Shown: positions 1 through 12,386 of the stretch, piece by piece | How the letters are laid out: the number at the start of each line of letters is the position of its first letter | How positions within the stretch are numbered: position 1 is the stretch's first letter | Source: Phoronis australis | Lineage: Eukaryota; Animalia; Phoronida | Assembly (NCBI GenBank): GCA_002633005.1 | Contig: NMRA01000406.1 | Span: 128,862 to 192,861 of the forward strand | Direction of reading: 5' to 3' | Length of the DNA: 64,000 nt | Made by a program: the position numbers and the translations under genes | The notes under the pieces: generated by a model | The model's input: only the letters and a program-made list of their open reading frames with translations | Database searches by the model: none | What the model was told of the DNA's origin: nothing

Positions 1-808
1 CGGACTGGTCGCTGAACATTCCGATCAAACAGACAGCAAATTATTGTCCCTGTTTAACGGTAGAAACATTTCGTTTACTAATAAAAACACAAAACATTAG
101 AACTGAAACTGGAAATTGACATCTTTACAGTTAAACCTACTGGAAATTGATTCGTTGAGAAACAACTCAATTATCTCCAGTGTATTAATAGTTTGTGAAA
201 TAAGGGTACCACCAGCCGTTACTAAGGTGACAAGTTTCGCTCATCTGTGGTTAAATGACAGTCAGTGGCATCAACGGGCTGTGCTATTGATTTTCAACAC
301 ACCATGTGGGTATACAAGTGATAACGATAATGATAATAATAATGAAATTGATCAATATTCTTAAATTGAAGAAAACATTTTTCAAGTTAGGAATGCACAT
401 ATCTAGTTCTCCAGGGGACCCCTCTCTGGCCGCAAGGATTAATATTGTCAACTGTTGCTCTCTCGTTTTTTGATTGTATGCCATTTGATATAAGCCAAGC
501 TCTTGAAAGGGAAAGGGAGTAGAAAAAATCAAAATTCTCATGAAAACCACAGAGCATTTAAATTATTTTATAAACATGTGATTTGCTAACTGAGTGCACA
601 GATTGATTTTTTTTCAACGTGAACGTGATTATTTGAATGAACTTGCCAAGTTTTCAATTGTATTGCAAGTTCATGGATACGCGATCTTGAGATTAAGCAG
701 AATTCCAAGTTCAGCAATTCATGACTTTGTGGGCATCCTTGTATGCTCAGATACACATTGTAAACTAACTCCCTGTTAGCAGCGTAAAAACGTTGTTTTG
801 TCAATTGA

Positions 809-860
809 CCACCAGAGGGCAATAATTGAGAAGAGGTCGCTGTTGTGCAAGATGGCGCCG
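809..860 (+). promoter_or_regulatory. Putative THOC3 proximal promoter motifs: CTCF-like CCACCAGAGGGCA (809-821) and YY1-like CAAGATGGCG overlapping the start codon
   Basis: Motif matches by eye; YY1 sites overlapping the ATG are a known feature of animal housekeeping genes. No functional data. Confidence 0.4.
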
Positions 861-1028
861 TACTTTGAAGAAATGCAGTCTTATTTCAAAAACAACAATC
901 GTGTAAAAGAATTACAAGGTCATTCAGCCAAAGTTCACTCTGTGTCGTGGAGTTGTGATGGGAAGCGCCTGGCCTCAGGATCATTTGACAAAACTGTGTG
1001 CATCTACTCCCTTGACAGGGACCGTTTG
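852..1028 (+). CDS. THOC3: THOC3 coding exon 1 (MAPYFEE...DRDRL)
   Basis: ATG at 852 in aagATGg context; donor TTG|gtgaga, phase 0. Confidence 0.93.
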
Positions 1029-4000
1029 GTGAGATTGATCATACATGCTTCAATCCACAGGCGCTTGGGTTTATCGCAAATGACGTCACAATATATTTAT
1101 AAGAAAACATAAAGGTTGGACACTCGAAATCTGTTTAGCCGAGGCTCCCAACTTCAACCGTCCAAAATACAAATAAAATCTGCGTTCACTTCCCTTAGCC
1201 TGGTATTGCATAAACATTCGAAGCCTTATGCTCTTTCCTAGATCCCATTAACTGTCTTCGTGAGTGGTGAAGTGGCGATGGAATTTCCAAAACAATCTCA
1301 AAACTCTGAATTCAAGGACCTGAAATAGTAAACATGGCGGATTTCAGTTGTGCTTCAACTTGTACGCCTGACGTAGGTGAAACTTCGAGTTTGAGCAAGC
1401 AACCTATATTTCAAATTCAATAATTCTAATCCAAAACTCAACTAATTGAGAACGTTAAAGTTAGTATTTTAATGCTTATTTGTAACTTAATTCAACTGAC
1501 GGCTCATTTTAGCCCTTAACTTAGAACTTTATTACATAAACTGGCGTATCTTGTTTCTCATCTTGACATCACGCACTTTTTTGATTGAAGCACAACACAC
1601 ACCNNNNNNNNNNNNNNNNNNNNNNNNNNNNNNNNNNNNNNNNNNNNNNNNNNNNNNNNNNNNNNNNNNNNNNNNNNNNNNNNNNNNNNNNNNNNNNNNN
1701 NNNNNNNNNNNNNNNNNNCGACCAAAATTAGGCCTTCCGGACGATCGAAAACTCGGCATGAAAACTCGGCCTTGACTTCGAGAAAACAACTTGAGGAGAT
1801 GCGCACGCATCTAAACTACATCCTGTCCAAATTTCATGTTTGTATTTGAGAGTATAGTGCTCTTTTGGATAGGAGGAACAAGAGGTACTTTTTCGAAAGT
1901 TGATCGCATGGCGGAAAATCGTGTGCTAAAAAAAGCTTACAAAAAATGATTTATCAGCGATAATTTGAGACAAAAAGATTACAAACTTACAAATAAAGAC
2001 TAAGGTAACGATTTATAACACAAAATTGTCTTATAGTTAACTTTGAAGTCTGAAATCGGGTAATTTACCGACGTGGGTTTTACACGGAGGCAGATATGGA
2101 GCACCGTGACCTACTTTTTGATTGTCCTCCCTACTTCAATCCCAAGCGCCTGTGCTTCAATCATGTTAGTCGATGCAGCCCAACCAAGGGCAAGGCCAAA
2201 CTGAAGCAATCGCCAAATTTAATCAGGCGCACTTCAATTCGGCTCAGGTTGATGCACCATATTGTTGTAGACGTGCTTCCAGTGAATCACATGAGGCACT
2301 GTTAGCCATTTTCTAATGGGCAATTGCTATTAAGTATTACTTATTAGCATAATTGTTATTGCCAAACACGCTTGCTGGTTTTATGAGGTCGCGGGTTCTT
2401 TTCCCGTGTCGGGTGATCTCGGCAATTACAGTGGTTGTCATGGATGATCTTCTGATGAAGCTTTGCCATCAAGTATCTACAGACCTTGGATGGCAATGAT
2501 GTGCATGGTAATGGTAAAAATTTCCGTTGAACCTGTATGAGAGACAAACTTGTGTTCATCAGGTGCAACAGTGGCACGATATAGGGTATAGTGAAAATGT
2601 GGATTTTAAAATGTGTCAATTGTTGAGGGTGAAATCGACACATTTCGTTTCGCGACCAAAACCCGCGGAAACTTCAAAATCATGTCAGGAGAAACTAAAG
2701 ACCGTAAACATCAAATTGGTCACCGGCTCCGCTCCACCAATGAGAATGTACCTGTGCACCCCCTGTCTTCCACTGGCCAGTATGGAACAGTGTTCTCCAC
2801 GACCTGCGGTCCACGCGGTCAAGTCCGGCAGCCTGCGGGGGTCTGCGCTGCCGAGACCAGAGCGCGGCTACAGGTCTGTCCCCCTGTGTATAGGTGTGAA
2901 ATTTTCTAAGTTCTGAGAAAATGTGTCGATTGTTGACCATTTGTGTCGGTTTCTCAAGAAGTTGTGTCCCAGGTATCTGAAAACTCCCCAGACGGCAATC
3001 AGGCCTTTATGCTGAGTTTGTCCTGGCACTAATCTGGAGGTCCTGGCACTAATCTGGATGCCCTTGCAAAGACACCCAATGTATCATTTGGAGCCCACTG
3101 TCAATAGGAACCTTTCAAGTTTGGACTCACACATTGTAATGACTACTAGGAAGCCTCTGAAGGCTCACAGTGGGTGCTCTTTTTTCAAAGCAGGAAGAAA
3201 TATACAATGTATATACAAAGTATATGCATTGTAGCTGTTTTGACACTTGATTGACAGCATTGTAAAAGTCTTGGTCTACACAGTTTGTTTTAGTAAAAAT
3301 GCTCACCATAGAAGGCTGTTTTATAAACTTAGATGTAAAAACCTTGATCTATGCATTTTTTGTAAAAAATCTGTGTTTGGGGGTATTGCTGGGTGTGGGG
3401 GGGTTACGCGTCGGAATCATAGATGCCCTGGAATATTGGGAACCCCATTTTGGACACCCTATTTTCAAAATCCTGGATGAAGGCCTGACGGCGATCCGGC
3501 ACGGTCAAGTCTGGCAGCTTAATTACAGGGTCTGCGCTGCCGAGGTCGGAGCCTGCTTATGTGTGCGAAATTTTCTATGTTCCGAGAAATGTGTCGGTTA
3601 TTGGCCATTTGTGTCGGTTTCAAGTTCAGAGATGTGGAGGTCGTGATGCCGACTAAATGCCGGCATATATACTTTATGCGATCTCCCAGAATGGCATCTG
3701 AAGCGGTGCACATATAAGGCCTGACCGCGTATCCATTACCCACGGGTTAGCGGAGGACCACTAACTGCATGANAACTTAGATGTAAAAACCTTGATCTAT
3801 GCATTTTTTGTAAAAAAATCTGTGTTTGGGGGTATTGCTGGGTGTGGGGGGTTACGCGTCGGAATCATAGACGCCCTGGAATATTGGGAACCCCATTTTG
3901 GACACCCTATTTTCAAAATCCTGGATGAAGGCCTGACGGCGATCCGGCACGGTCAAGTCTGGCAGCTTAATTATAGGGTCTGCGCTGCCGAGGTTGGAGC

Positions 4001-7000
4001 GCGGCTGCAGGTCTCATAGTGTCGCCTGCTTATGTTTGCGAAATTTTCTATGTTCCGAGAAATGTGTCGGTTATTGGCCATTTGTGTGGGTTTCAAGTTC
4101 AGAGACGTTGGAGGTCGTGATGCCGACTAAATGCCGGCATATATACTTTATGCGGTCTCCCAGAATGGCATCTGAAGCGGTGCACATATAAGGCCTGACC
4201 GCGTATCCATTACCCACGGGTTAGCGGAGGACCACTAACTGCATGAGAGAATGAGTTCGCGCCCGCTGTACCGTTGCCGGAAAGTGACGATCCAGTCGGT
4301 GATCGTAGTTTAATCAGCAAGTTTTTGCGGGTTTTAGTTGCGAAATGGAATGTGTCGATTTCACCGTCAATAACTGACACATTTTAAAATGCGCGTTTTC
4401 ACTTTACCCTATATCGTGCCATATATCACCTGGTGTAGTGTGTATGTAGTAAAGATTCCAAGGGAAGTCGATGATTCTTATGCGAGACAATCTGGTGCTC
4501 ACTTTCCTTGTGGCGTGCCTGCTCCATAGGAGTGTTGTTGACGTGCTTCCAGTGAATGTTAGCCACCAACTGGTTAACGGGCAATTGCCGAATGTTCAGC
4601 ACATTTAGTGGTTTTAATAGGGTCACTGATTTGATTCCCGGTTTGGGTGATCCAGGCAATTTCTACCGGGAATTTCCGAAAACAAACCCACTCAAAACTA
4701 CGCCCATGGGCATATTTTCGGTATCTGTTTCCATGTTTTGCAAATCTGTTGAATTAATTGTTTAAAATACTTTTGTTATGTGTTTTGATGTAAAATTATG
4801 TTTATTTTAGCAAGACATTGAATTCTGGAATTTAGGCGCACTCTCACATACAGAGGCAGAGGACTAAACAGCATGCATATACTGTTGGCTATTGTAGGCC
4901 ATTTTTATTGAACACATACCCACAATGGTGATCAATCAAAGGAATTGTCATTTTTTACGATCCTGCTTGGCCATGTTGTGTGATATCTAATACCAAATAC
5001 AACATGAAAATTTGCTTGGTTCCGTGCTCTCCTGGCATGCATGTCTTGACATTTAGTAAACCCATTTCTGCGGTGTATGACCTATGATGTTTGTATATGA
5101 CAGCTGGCATGCACGTTTTTCCTGTGTCAGATGATCGATGTCTAGAGGTATTATGATTGTCCAGTAGGATATATGCTACAGGGTGAATGCTATTTTTCAT
5201 TGGCAATGGACTGGTTAAGGTCACTGTAGTAGCATTGTTTATAATGTGGTGACCATTCACATGTCTCCACTCAAAAGGAAACATTTTGGGTAAGTTTTAA
5301 AGAATATTAAGCATTCTTGTAGTGATTTGTGTTCTTTGTGTCTAAATTGCACATTCAATTTCTAATTGGTTGCTTGTTGTCCAATGCACCATAAAATAAA
5401 CCCTTTCAGAGTAAAGAGCATGTGTTCCGTGGTCATGGCGACAGTGTAGATCAGCTTTGTTGGCACCCTAGTCATGGAGACCAACTGGCGACGGCCAGCG
5501 GTGATAAAACAGTCAGGATATGGGACACGCGGTCATCCAAATGTGCAGCAACTGTTAACACAAAGGGTAAGGTTAACGTAAGACTGAGTTTTGGTCAAAT
5601 AGCAGTTGGACTGACTGCACTGGAACCACTCTATTCATACTACAGACAGCCAGATCTTTATTGTCTAAGTCCGCCAATGTAGAAAATCATGGAGCTGAGA
5701 ATTTTATGCCATGGCCATGTTGTTGTATTAAAATATATTAGTCAATCTGTCAGTTGTGTGTAATATATTGTTCTGTGTTCTTATTATTATTATTAATATT
5801 AAAAGGGATCTATGTTTGTACTTGTCATTCTGAATGTTCAGGAAAGTATAAAATGACTTTGTGTAATTGATTTCCTTCCATTACAGCATTTGATTCTGTT
5901 GGAGGCAATTTGTTATTTGAATTTCTGTCACTAGGGAATGAACAGTAATACCCTGATTTTCTTTTCGCAACCTAAAATGCATGATGCAGAAATTGACAAT
6001 AACATAATTTCTCGGGTAAATACCTTTTCTTGTTCGTTTTTGCCAGGTGAGAACATCAACATTTGTTGGTCTCCTGATGGAAAGAACATCGCTGTTGGGA
6101 ATAAAGATGACTTGGTCACGTTTGTTGACGTCCGAGCTCATAAGACACGCTGTGAGGAGCAATTCAAGTTTGAAGTTAATGAAATCTCCTGGAACAATGA
6201 CGGGGATCTGTTCTTCTTGACCAGCGGTCAAGGCACAATACATATACTGAGGTATGTGATTCAAAAGGTTAAAAGTTATATAGTCCTTCTTGAGTATAAC
6301 ACAGCCCACTGATATGATCTTGACTTGCACCTTTTTATCAAAGAGCAACTTACTACATTTGTTTAATGATTGTCTGGGTGTGCTATCACTGGGGCTGTAA
6401 TTTATTTCAGAACTCTTCCAGAATATTCTTTTGATCATTATTAAGTTACTATCTTGTCTTCATATGGTATTTCGATTTTTTATGCTAATTTATGTGATCA
6501 CAGTTTTGTTTTATTGTCACGTCAACAAATGATGTGTGCGCGCGTCCCAGTGGCGAGTGTGGAAGGCTCTTAACTTGTATTTCTGCTCTCCACTGATAGA
6601 CTCATTTACTTACACTGCACAATTTGAAGTTTGACAACTCAACTGCCTTTAAAGGATCACTGTTTCCGTTTACCGAATGGGTAAATACTGGTATTTTATT
6701 GAAACTTTTTAAATTGGACTGACTTGAAGTACGAGCTCCTCAAAGTTACGGATTAAGTAGTTAACTTCAATTGCATGGTTGGACATAGACCAATCTGGGT
6801 TTTGAAAATTCAACATGGAACATGGACACAATCTGACCTCACATGCCTTCCTCAGCCAACAGTGTTGACTATGGAAATGCAAGTGGCGTATCGCACTGAA
6901 AAGGTACACACCTTCAGTGGAGTTCAGTTTTGGCCTTCTGGACGGGTACAAAATTTCGGAATGATAATAATATTGTCCTCTATTTTGCAATTTGCATCGA

Positions 7001-10000
7001 GTTCTGCATTGCCTGTCCAAATGCGGACAGTATTTCTGGAACAGCACATGAGTGATTGTCGTAACAGTATCTTTTCTATGTTGTATTCTGCAGTTCATGA
7101 AATTCCAGGAAGCATTGTTACTATTTAATCTATTATAAGGAATGGAATGTTTGAATGAGAATGACATCTTACAAATTTCAAGTAAAATAAATTAAGTTAT
7201 TGTGGAGCAATGTCATTGTGGGCAGTTGTTCAAAGCCTTAATCTGAAGTAAATTGCAATTAACCACTCATAAGTAAAAATACCTTGTCTTAGTTTTTGTG
7301 TGACTTTTTGACCTATTTTACAACACACTGTCGTGGGATCCCACTATTCTGTCTGTAAAATCCAAGACGGACAGTAAACAAGGTTCGATTTTGTGTTCTT
7401 AGTAGTGAATAAGTGCTTTCTCCTGAGCACAAGTTTGCTGTAACAAAATAAGAATTTGTGAACACAGTTCTACTTATTGTCAGTACACATTCTTTGTGAA
7501 CAGAAAATATTGTAAAACTTGATAGCAAGGAGTGATGTCACACAACAGTGATGTTTGTGAAGGTCACACGTCTTGTGCTGATTGTCACTACGGAACTTAA
7601 AATTACTGACTTAGACTATAGGAAAAAATTGAACGTCATCACTCATTTTCATCAAAAGTTGTGATGACCAGTTACTGCATCAGTTTTTTCCTTATGACGG
7701 GTACCTTCTTCAGGCTTTGAAGGTTCATCGAACTTCTGGTCTGTGGACAAGCATGTCATAAAGTAAGGATTTACTTGTATGGCAACTACATGCTAATCAA
7801 TTTCTACTTTAATGATATGAATGTTATTATGAATATTGACATTTTTAAAATGTTAATAAATACATGAAAAACTAATTCTCTGGGTTTCATCCTTATAGTT
7901 ATCCAGAGCTCAAGCTACAGTACATTCTCAACGCTCACCCTGCCAACTGTATCTGTATTGAGTTTGACCCAACAGGCCGCCATTTTGCCACTGGCAGTGC
8001 TGACGCTTTGGTCAGTGTCTGGGATGTGCAAGATCTTGTCTGTGTCAGGACTTTTGCAAGGTAAATACTAGGTTTTTGGTATCAGAAGGGTTTCAGATTG
8101 TCATTAATGTGTAGCAAATGTTACAAGTTATTTTATGTGCCCACATTATGTATATGCCTGGGTAAATGTTGCTGTCGACTATCTCTGGTTATCCGTATTT
8201 CCTACACCTCTTGTAGGATCTTCACGAAATTTGGTAGATTGTCTTCCTATGAAACAAACAACAACTTCCAAAAAGATCTGACTGTGCCCTCTAGTGCTAA
8301 TTTTAGTTTATTACATTTTATGGACTGGCATATGTGACCCTGTTTGAGGAGAATACGACTGACATTGATTATCAGACAGATCCAACTACTACAGCGCCCC
8401 TAGTGGCAATTTTCTTTCTGTGTGTGCCTCAATGCTTATCTAGTTTTTGATGGATCTTCATGAAATTTTGCATATGCTGTATGTTCCTATTGATGTGAGA
8501 ATGACTGGCATTGATTTTGAATGGATTAGTCTACTGTGGGGCTCCCTTGTGGTGGTTTTCATTTTCATTTTAAAATTTTGCGTGTTCCTGTTGAGAAAAG
8601 CACAGCTGGTATGGATCCGATTCCTGTGGCAATGAGCGCAGTGGTCACATATAAACACTCTGCCTTTGTTGTGCTATAAACTATTATAAGACAGTGTGAA
8701 ACCCACTAATAAAATCTCTGATACCTTTTACTCCAACTATAACCTTTTGAGTTATTACTAATGGTATGGGAACGAGATTTTGTAACAGCGAATAAAATTT
8801 TTAATCATGAATTATTCCTAATTGAAAGTGTTACCATAATTGTCAAATTTCTAAATAAGATACATTATTTTGAACTGCGATAAAGCCACCTTCCACCATT
8901 GATAACTTTTGTTTTAGGCTGCCCAACTTGTTCTTTAGTCCAAAAAGGAAGTGATTTTTGATCTTAAAGAGAGTTGTCAGATTTTTGCTGGCGACTGTGC
9001 ACAGTGCATAAAATGAGCCTCTATAACAACCTATCTCATGGAGTCTGATGCAGCACATAGTTTGCAAAGTAATTTAATAATTTAAATACCGCAAAGTGAT
9101 TTAATAATTTAAATACCACTCTCATCTGGTTTAAATTTTTCTGTTTAATTTTTTTCCACCCAGACATGAAGTCATAATTTGTTTCTCTCATCCTCCTTCG
9201 CATATTTTCATTGCTACTTTGTGTTTTTCAGACTAGAATGGCCTGTTAGAACAATAAGTTTTAGCCATGATGGCAAAATGCTAGCTTCAGCGTCAGAAGA
9301 TCTGGTGATAGACATTGCAGAAGTGGGCTCAGGTATGATGGTGGTGATGGGAACAATATGAGGATATTAGCTAAGTGAAATTGTTTGGAAAATTCTGGGA
9401 AATCCTGTCTACGGCGTGATGTTTAAGCATGCCAATAGTGATGAATACACAATAAATTTAGCTCAGCTTGTAGTAGTGTGTATAAAGCCAAAGCAACCAT
9501 TTTCTGATGTACTGCTTTGTAAAAACAAATCGGTGGTTATCTAGAAGATAATTTTCCATTCTCTTGGTATATGTTAGCTATTTATAAAAAAAAAGTGACA
9601 GGAATGGCCCAGCAAAAGGGACTCATCTTACGTGTGCATTCACATTCATTCATCAAAGATAATGTTCTACTTGCCATTGAACAGTCCGTTTCAGTGATCG
9701 GTGTTTTTCAATGGAAGTAATAGTAGAACCAAGACACGAGCTTTTTTGCTGGTCTGTTTACAGTCTTTTTTGTATCTTTCCATGGACTGTAAATCCACTG
9801 CAAGATGACTCGGGATCTGTATTTTACTAAAGGTAACACCAAAGTCAGTCTTGCACAAAATCTTAAAAGGCAGTTTAGGTAGGGAACTTTTTCAGCTCTG
9901 CTGATGGGCATTCCTAACTTTAAGAAATTAACAGTAGTTAGCAGGTAATTGGTTGGCAAGATTTCCACTGCCCCAGAGTTATTTGAATCCTTTTTAAAAT

Positions 10001-10234
10001 GAGTTTGATTTCATTTTCACTGAAAGTCCTTTAGTATTAATCAGACTGTTTAAGAAGGCAACTACTTTTGTAGGAGAGAAAATAGCCGAGGTCACCTGTG
10101 AGTCACCAACATTTACAGTTGCTTGGCATCCAAAACGCCCCCTATTGGCATTTGCTTGTGATGACAAAGACAAATATGAGAGAGACCGTGACGCAGGGAC
10201 TGTGAAAGTTTGGGGCCTTCCCGACAGGGACTGA
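852..10234 (+). CDS. THOC3: THO complex subunit 3 (Tex1), WD40 repeat protein, 6 coding exons, 320 aa; join(852-1028,5410-5566,6047-6251,7899-8060,9232-9332,10074-10234)
   Basis: All introns are GT-AG and phase-compatible; exons sum to 963 nt. Translation contains THOC3-typical segments: HSAKVHSVSWSCDGKRLASGSFDKT, GHGDSVDQLCWHP, GENINICWSPDG, FKFEVNEISWNN, AHPANCICIEFDPTG, LEWPVRTISFSHDGKMLASASED, TFTVAWHPKRPLLAFACDDK, DAGTVKVWGLP. Confidence 0.96.
1604..1718. other. Assembly gap (115 N)
   Basis: Run of N. Confidence 1.
2572..4421. mobile_element. Non-autonomous DNA-transposon-like element with about 103 bp terminal inverted repeats, in THOC3 intron 1
   Basis: 2572-2674 (TGGCACGATATAGGGTATAGTGAAAA...) is the reverse complement of 4319-4421 with about 13 mismatches; internal diverged repeats; no transposase ORF; no clear TSD. 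Confidence 0.7.
3326..4246. repeat. Tandem near-identical duplication (3326-3772 / 3774-4246) joined by a single N; probable haplotype assembly artefact
   Basis: Copies differ by a few SNPs and one indel of about 24 bp; N at 3773 sits exactly at the junction. Confidence 0.85.
5410..5566 (+). CDS. THOC3: THOC3 coding exon 2 (SKEHVFRGHGDSVDQLCWHP...VNTK)
   Basis: Acceptor ctttcag|, donor G|gtaagg, phase 0 to 1. Confidence 0.94.
6047..6251 (+). CDS. THOC3: THOC3 coding exon 3 (GENINICWSPDG...TIHIL)
   Basis: Acceptor ttttgccag|, donor AG|gtatgt, phase 1 to 2. Confidence 0.94.
7899..8060 (+). CDS. THOC3: THOC3 coding exon 4 (YPELKLQYILNAHPANCICIEFDP...VRTFAR)
   Basis: Not in the ORF track; read by hand. 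Acceptor ccttatag|, donor AG|gtaaat, phase 2 to 2. Confidence 0.94.
9232..9332 (+). CDS. THOC3: THOC3 coding exon 5 (LEWPVRTISFSHDG...EVGS)
   Basis: Acceptor tttttcag|, donor G|gtatga, phase 2 to 1. Confidence 0.94.
10074..10234 (+). CDS. THOC3: THOC3 coding exon 6 (GEKIAEVTCESPTFTVAWHPK...GLPDRD*)
   Basis: Acceptor ttttgtag|, TGA at 10232-10234. Confidence 0.94.
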
Positions 10235-12155
10235 ACTTAGTCATGGAAAACAACACAGTGAAGTACGTGGGAAGTGACCTTGACTCCTCATTATCGTTTC
10301 CTTTACTTTGCTCCTCAGTTGGCTGTGTTTAGAGTGAAAATACTCAAAAAGTACTGTTTCGTGCACTGCTTGAATATGACCTGTATCCAGTGACACTTTG
10401 TCAAGCTGTGTGTAAGTACAGTGAATTTATTCAAGTCTAAAACTTGAACTGGTCGGTGACATGCAGTGACATTTATTTGAAAGTTTACATTGTGTGTAAA
10501 TAGATTACATCATATGTACATAACTGTATATTTTATTGTATAAAATTCAACAAACAATACTATTCTACTGAACATGTAAGTGTTTGTGTTCTCAATCGTA
10601 TTCGATTGATAATTGGACGAAACTTAATATCACAGCGAAATATAGGACGAAATACCATAAATAATGGATGAAACACAGTAAACAATGGAGGGAATTAATG
10701 TTGTAAAATACATATGATTGTGAAACTCTGGTAAAATACTAACAAAGAAATGTATGAATTAAAAGACAGTGGCACTATGCACACCAGCAAGGTGAACTTG
10801 TAAGCAAGTTAGGTACACACATGCTTGAAATCAAAATTGATCAAACGTTTCAGGGAAAATGACAAGTATGACAGATCTGTAGCGTACATGTCTGACATGG
10901 CTCAAAAAGTTGGAAACAAGTTCAACTCCTACTTTGGCCATAGAGGGCAGTGTCAGCAGATATGACAAGAAACTTGGCAGTTCCTAATAACGTATAAATA
11001 TCTTTGAACAGTATCCAGTTGTGAAGCCCTGAATTGTTTTATCGTAATCATAATTTGGCTAACTGCGATAATTCTTTTACGACTAATGAAACAAATATTG
11101 GATGGCAACATTAGTTTTCAAATACTTAAAACATGCAATTTAATTTCCTAAAGATATCATAACAAAGATCTGCAGTAGCAACTCAATATTAAATATTACT
11201 CAACATAATTAATATCCCCAACAAGTAGGATAACAATAAAGCTGAGCTTGTTTAAGTGAGTTGAACCAGGTGGTCAATGTAGGTCAGTTGGCCATCAACT
11301 GGCTAATGGTGACTAGTCTAAACTGCAAAAGGATGGAACACACTAACGTTGTGAAGAATAAGTAACAAGTTGAGTGACAATTGCCTTCTACTTCTTTCCA
11401 TTTACAAGAATCGTGTAATTGTGCTTAACACGTGGCGACTACACACCAGTGTAAGTATGCAGTTACAACAAGATTCATAGGCCACGGAAGAAATTGGATC
11501 ATTCAAACTCACTGTGTTAATTCATGGTTTTCAGATAGTTCACTTCAAACTTCAAATAAATACGGGTAATATCGGGATTTTTGAGCTTCCACCTGATGTA
11601 GAGCTAGCTAGATGACTAAACTACGTTAGTTTGAAAAACTTGTAGTTTTATCATCCAATGGATACACTCTACACCACATTACAATCCTGCAGCTTCACAA
11701 TGAATTGAATGGAACTATTGTGCTCCGGATAGGTTACAACTCACACAGGTCTTGAAAGCAAATTAAATTGAGATAAACCAATGAACGATCAAGAGTTCAA
11801 CTGGTGATCAAGTTGACATCTTGTGCCAATTCTACACACATTCTGAGCTGTTAAGCCACTGATTGAAGACTCAACACCTGACCATAGACAATCATACAGA
11901 TCTAATTCAGTAGGTAATCACCAAATGGCAAACATTGTATTGAGATGACCTAAGGTGCTGTAATGTTAATCAGCACAAAATGAAGTTCCAAAAGGCCTGA
12001 AAACATTTGGGAATGTACCCATATTTGCAGCAGCTACTCTACCACGGCCAGATAATCACTAGGCAGAAACAGCTGCTTAATGGACACGTGAAGAATTAGC
12101 AAGAGATGGCAGCTAATGCTACAAGACCTGGATTTCTGTAAAATATTTGTGACAG

Positions 12156-12386
12156 CTACAGCTGAACTTCTTTGATTTTGTTTTTACGTTTCTCTCTACT
12201 CTGCCGGTGACGAGATTCTTTTGGACGGACGCTTGCTTGACTACTACTAGCCTGTGATGACTGTCGCTTCACCGAGGTGGTGCTGCCTGCTGAATGCGCC
12301 TTACTGGTCGGGCCACGCTTTGGAGGAAGGGATATGGCTACCTCCTCTATAAAGCTGGCTGGTACGAGCCCTCGTCGTCCGTGAAT
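12156..12386 (-). CDS. RIMBP-like gene terminal exon (end of second SH3, basic tail, ...KEVQL*)
   Basis: Acceptor gttacag|ATT; TAG at 12158-12156. Confidence 0.88.
   Translation of the reverse strand: MHGRRGLVPASFIEEVAISLPPKRGPTSKAHSAGSTTSVKRQSSQASSSQASVRPKESRHRQSREKRKNKIKEVQL

Noticed and set aside
2527-4191. Several 65-130 aa ORFs inside the TIR element as a possible transposase
   Set aside because: No DDE or other recognisable motif; frames are not preserved between the internal repeat copies
8180-8660. CTCF-like GCGCCCCCTAGTGGC and similar motifs in THOC3 intron 4
   Set aside because: Embedded in sequence that looks like a degenerate interspersed repeat; neither a regulatory role nor element boundaries can be supported
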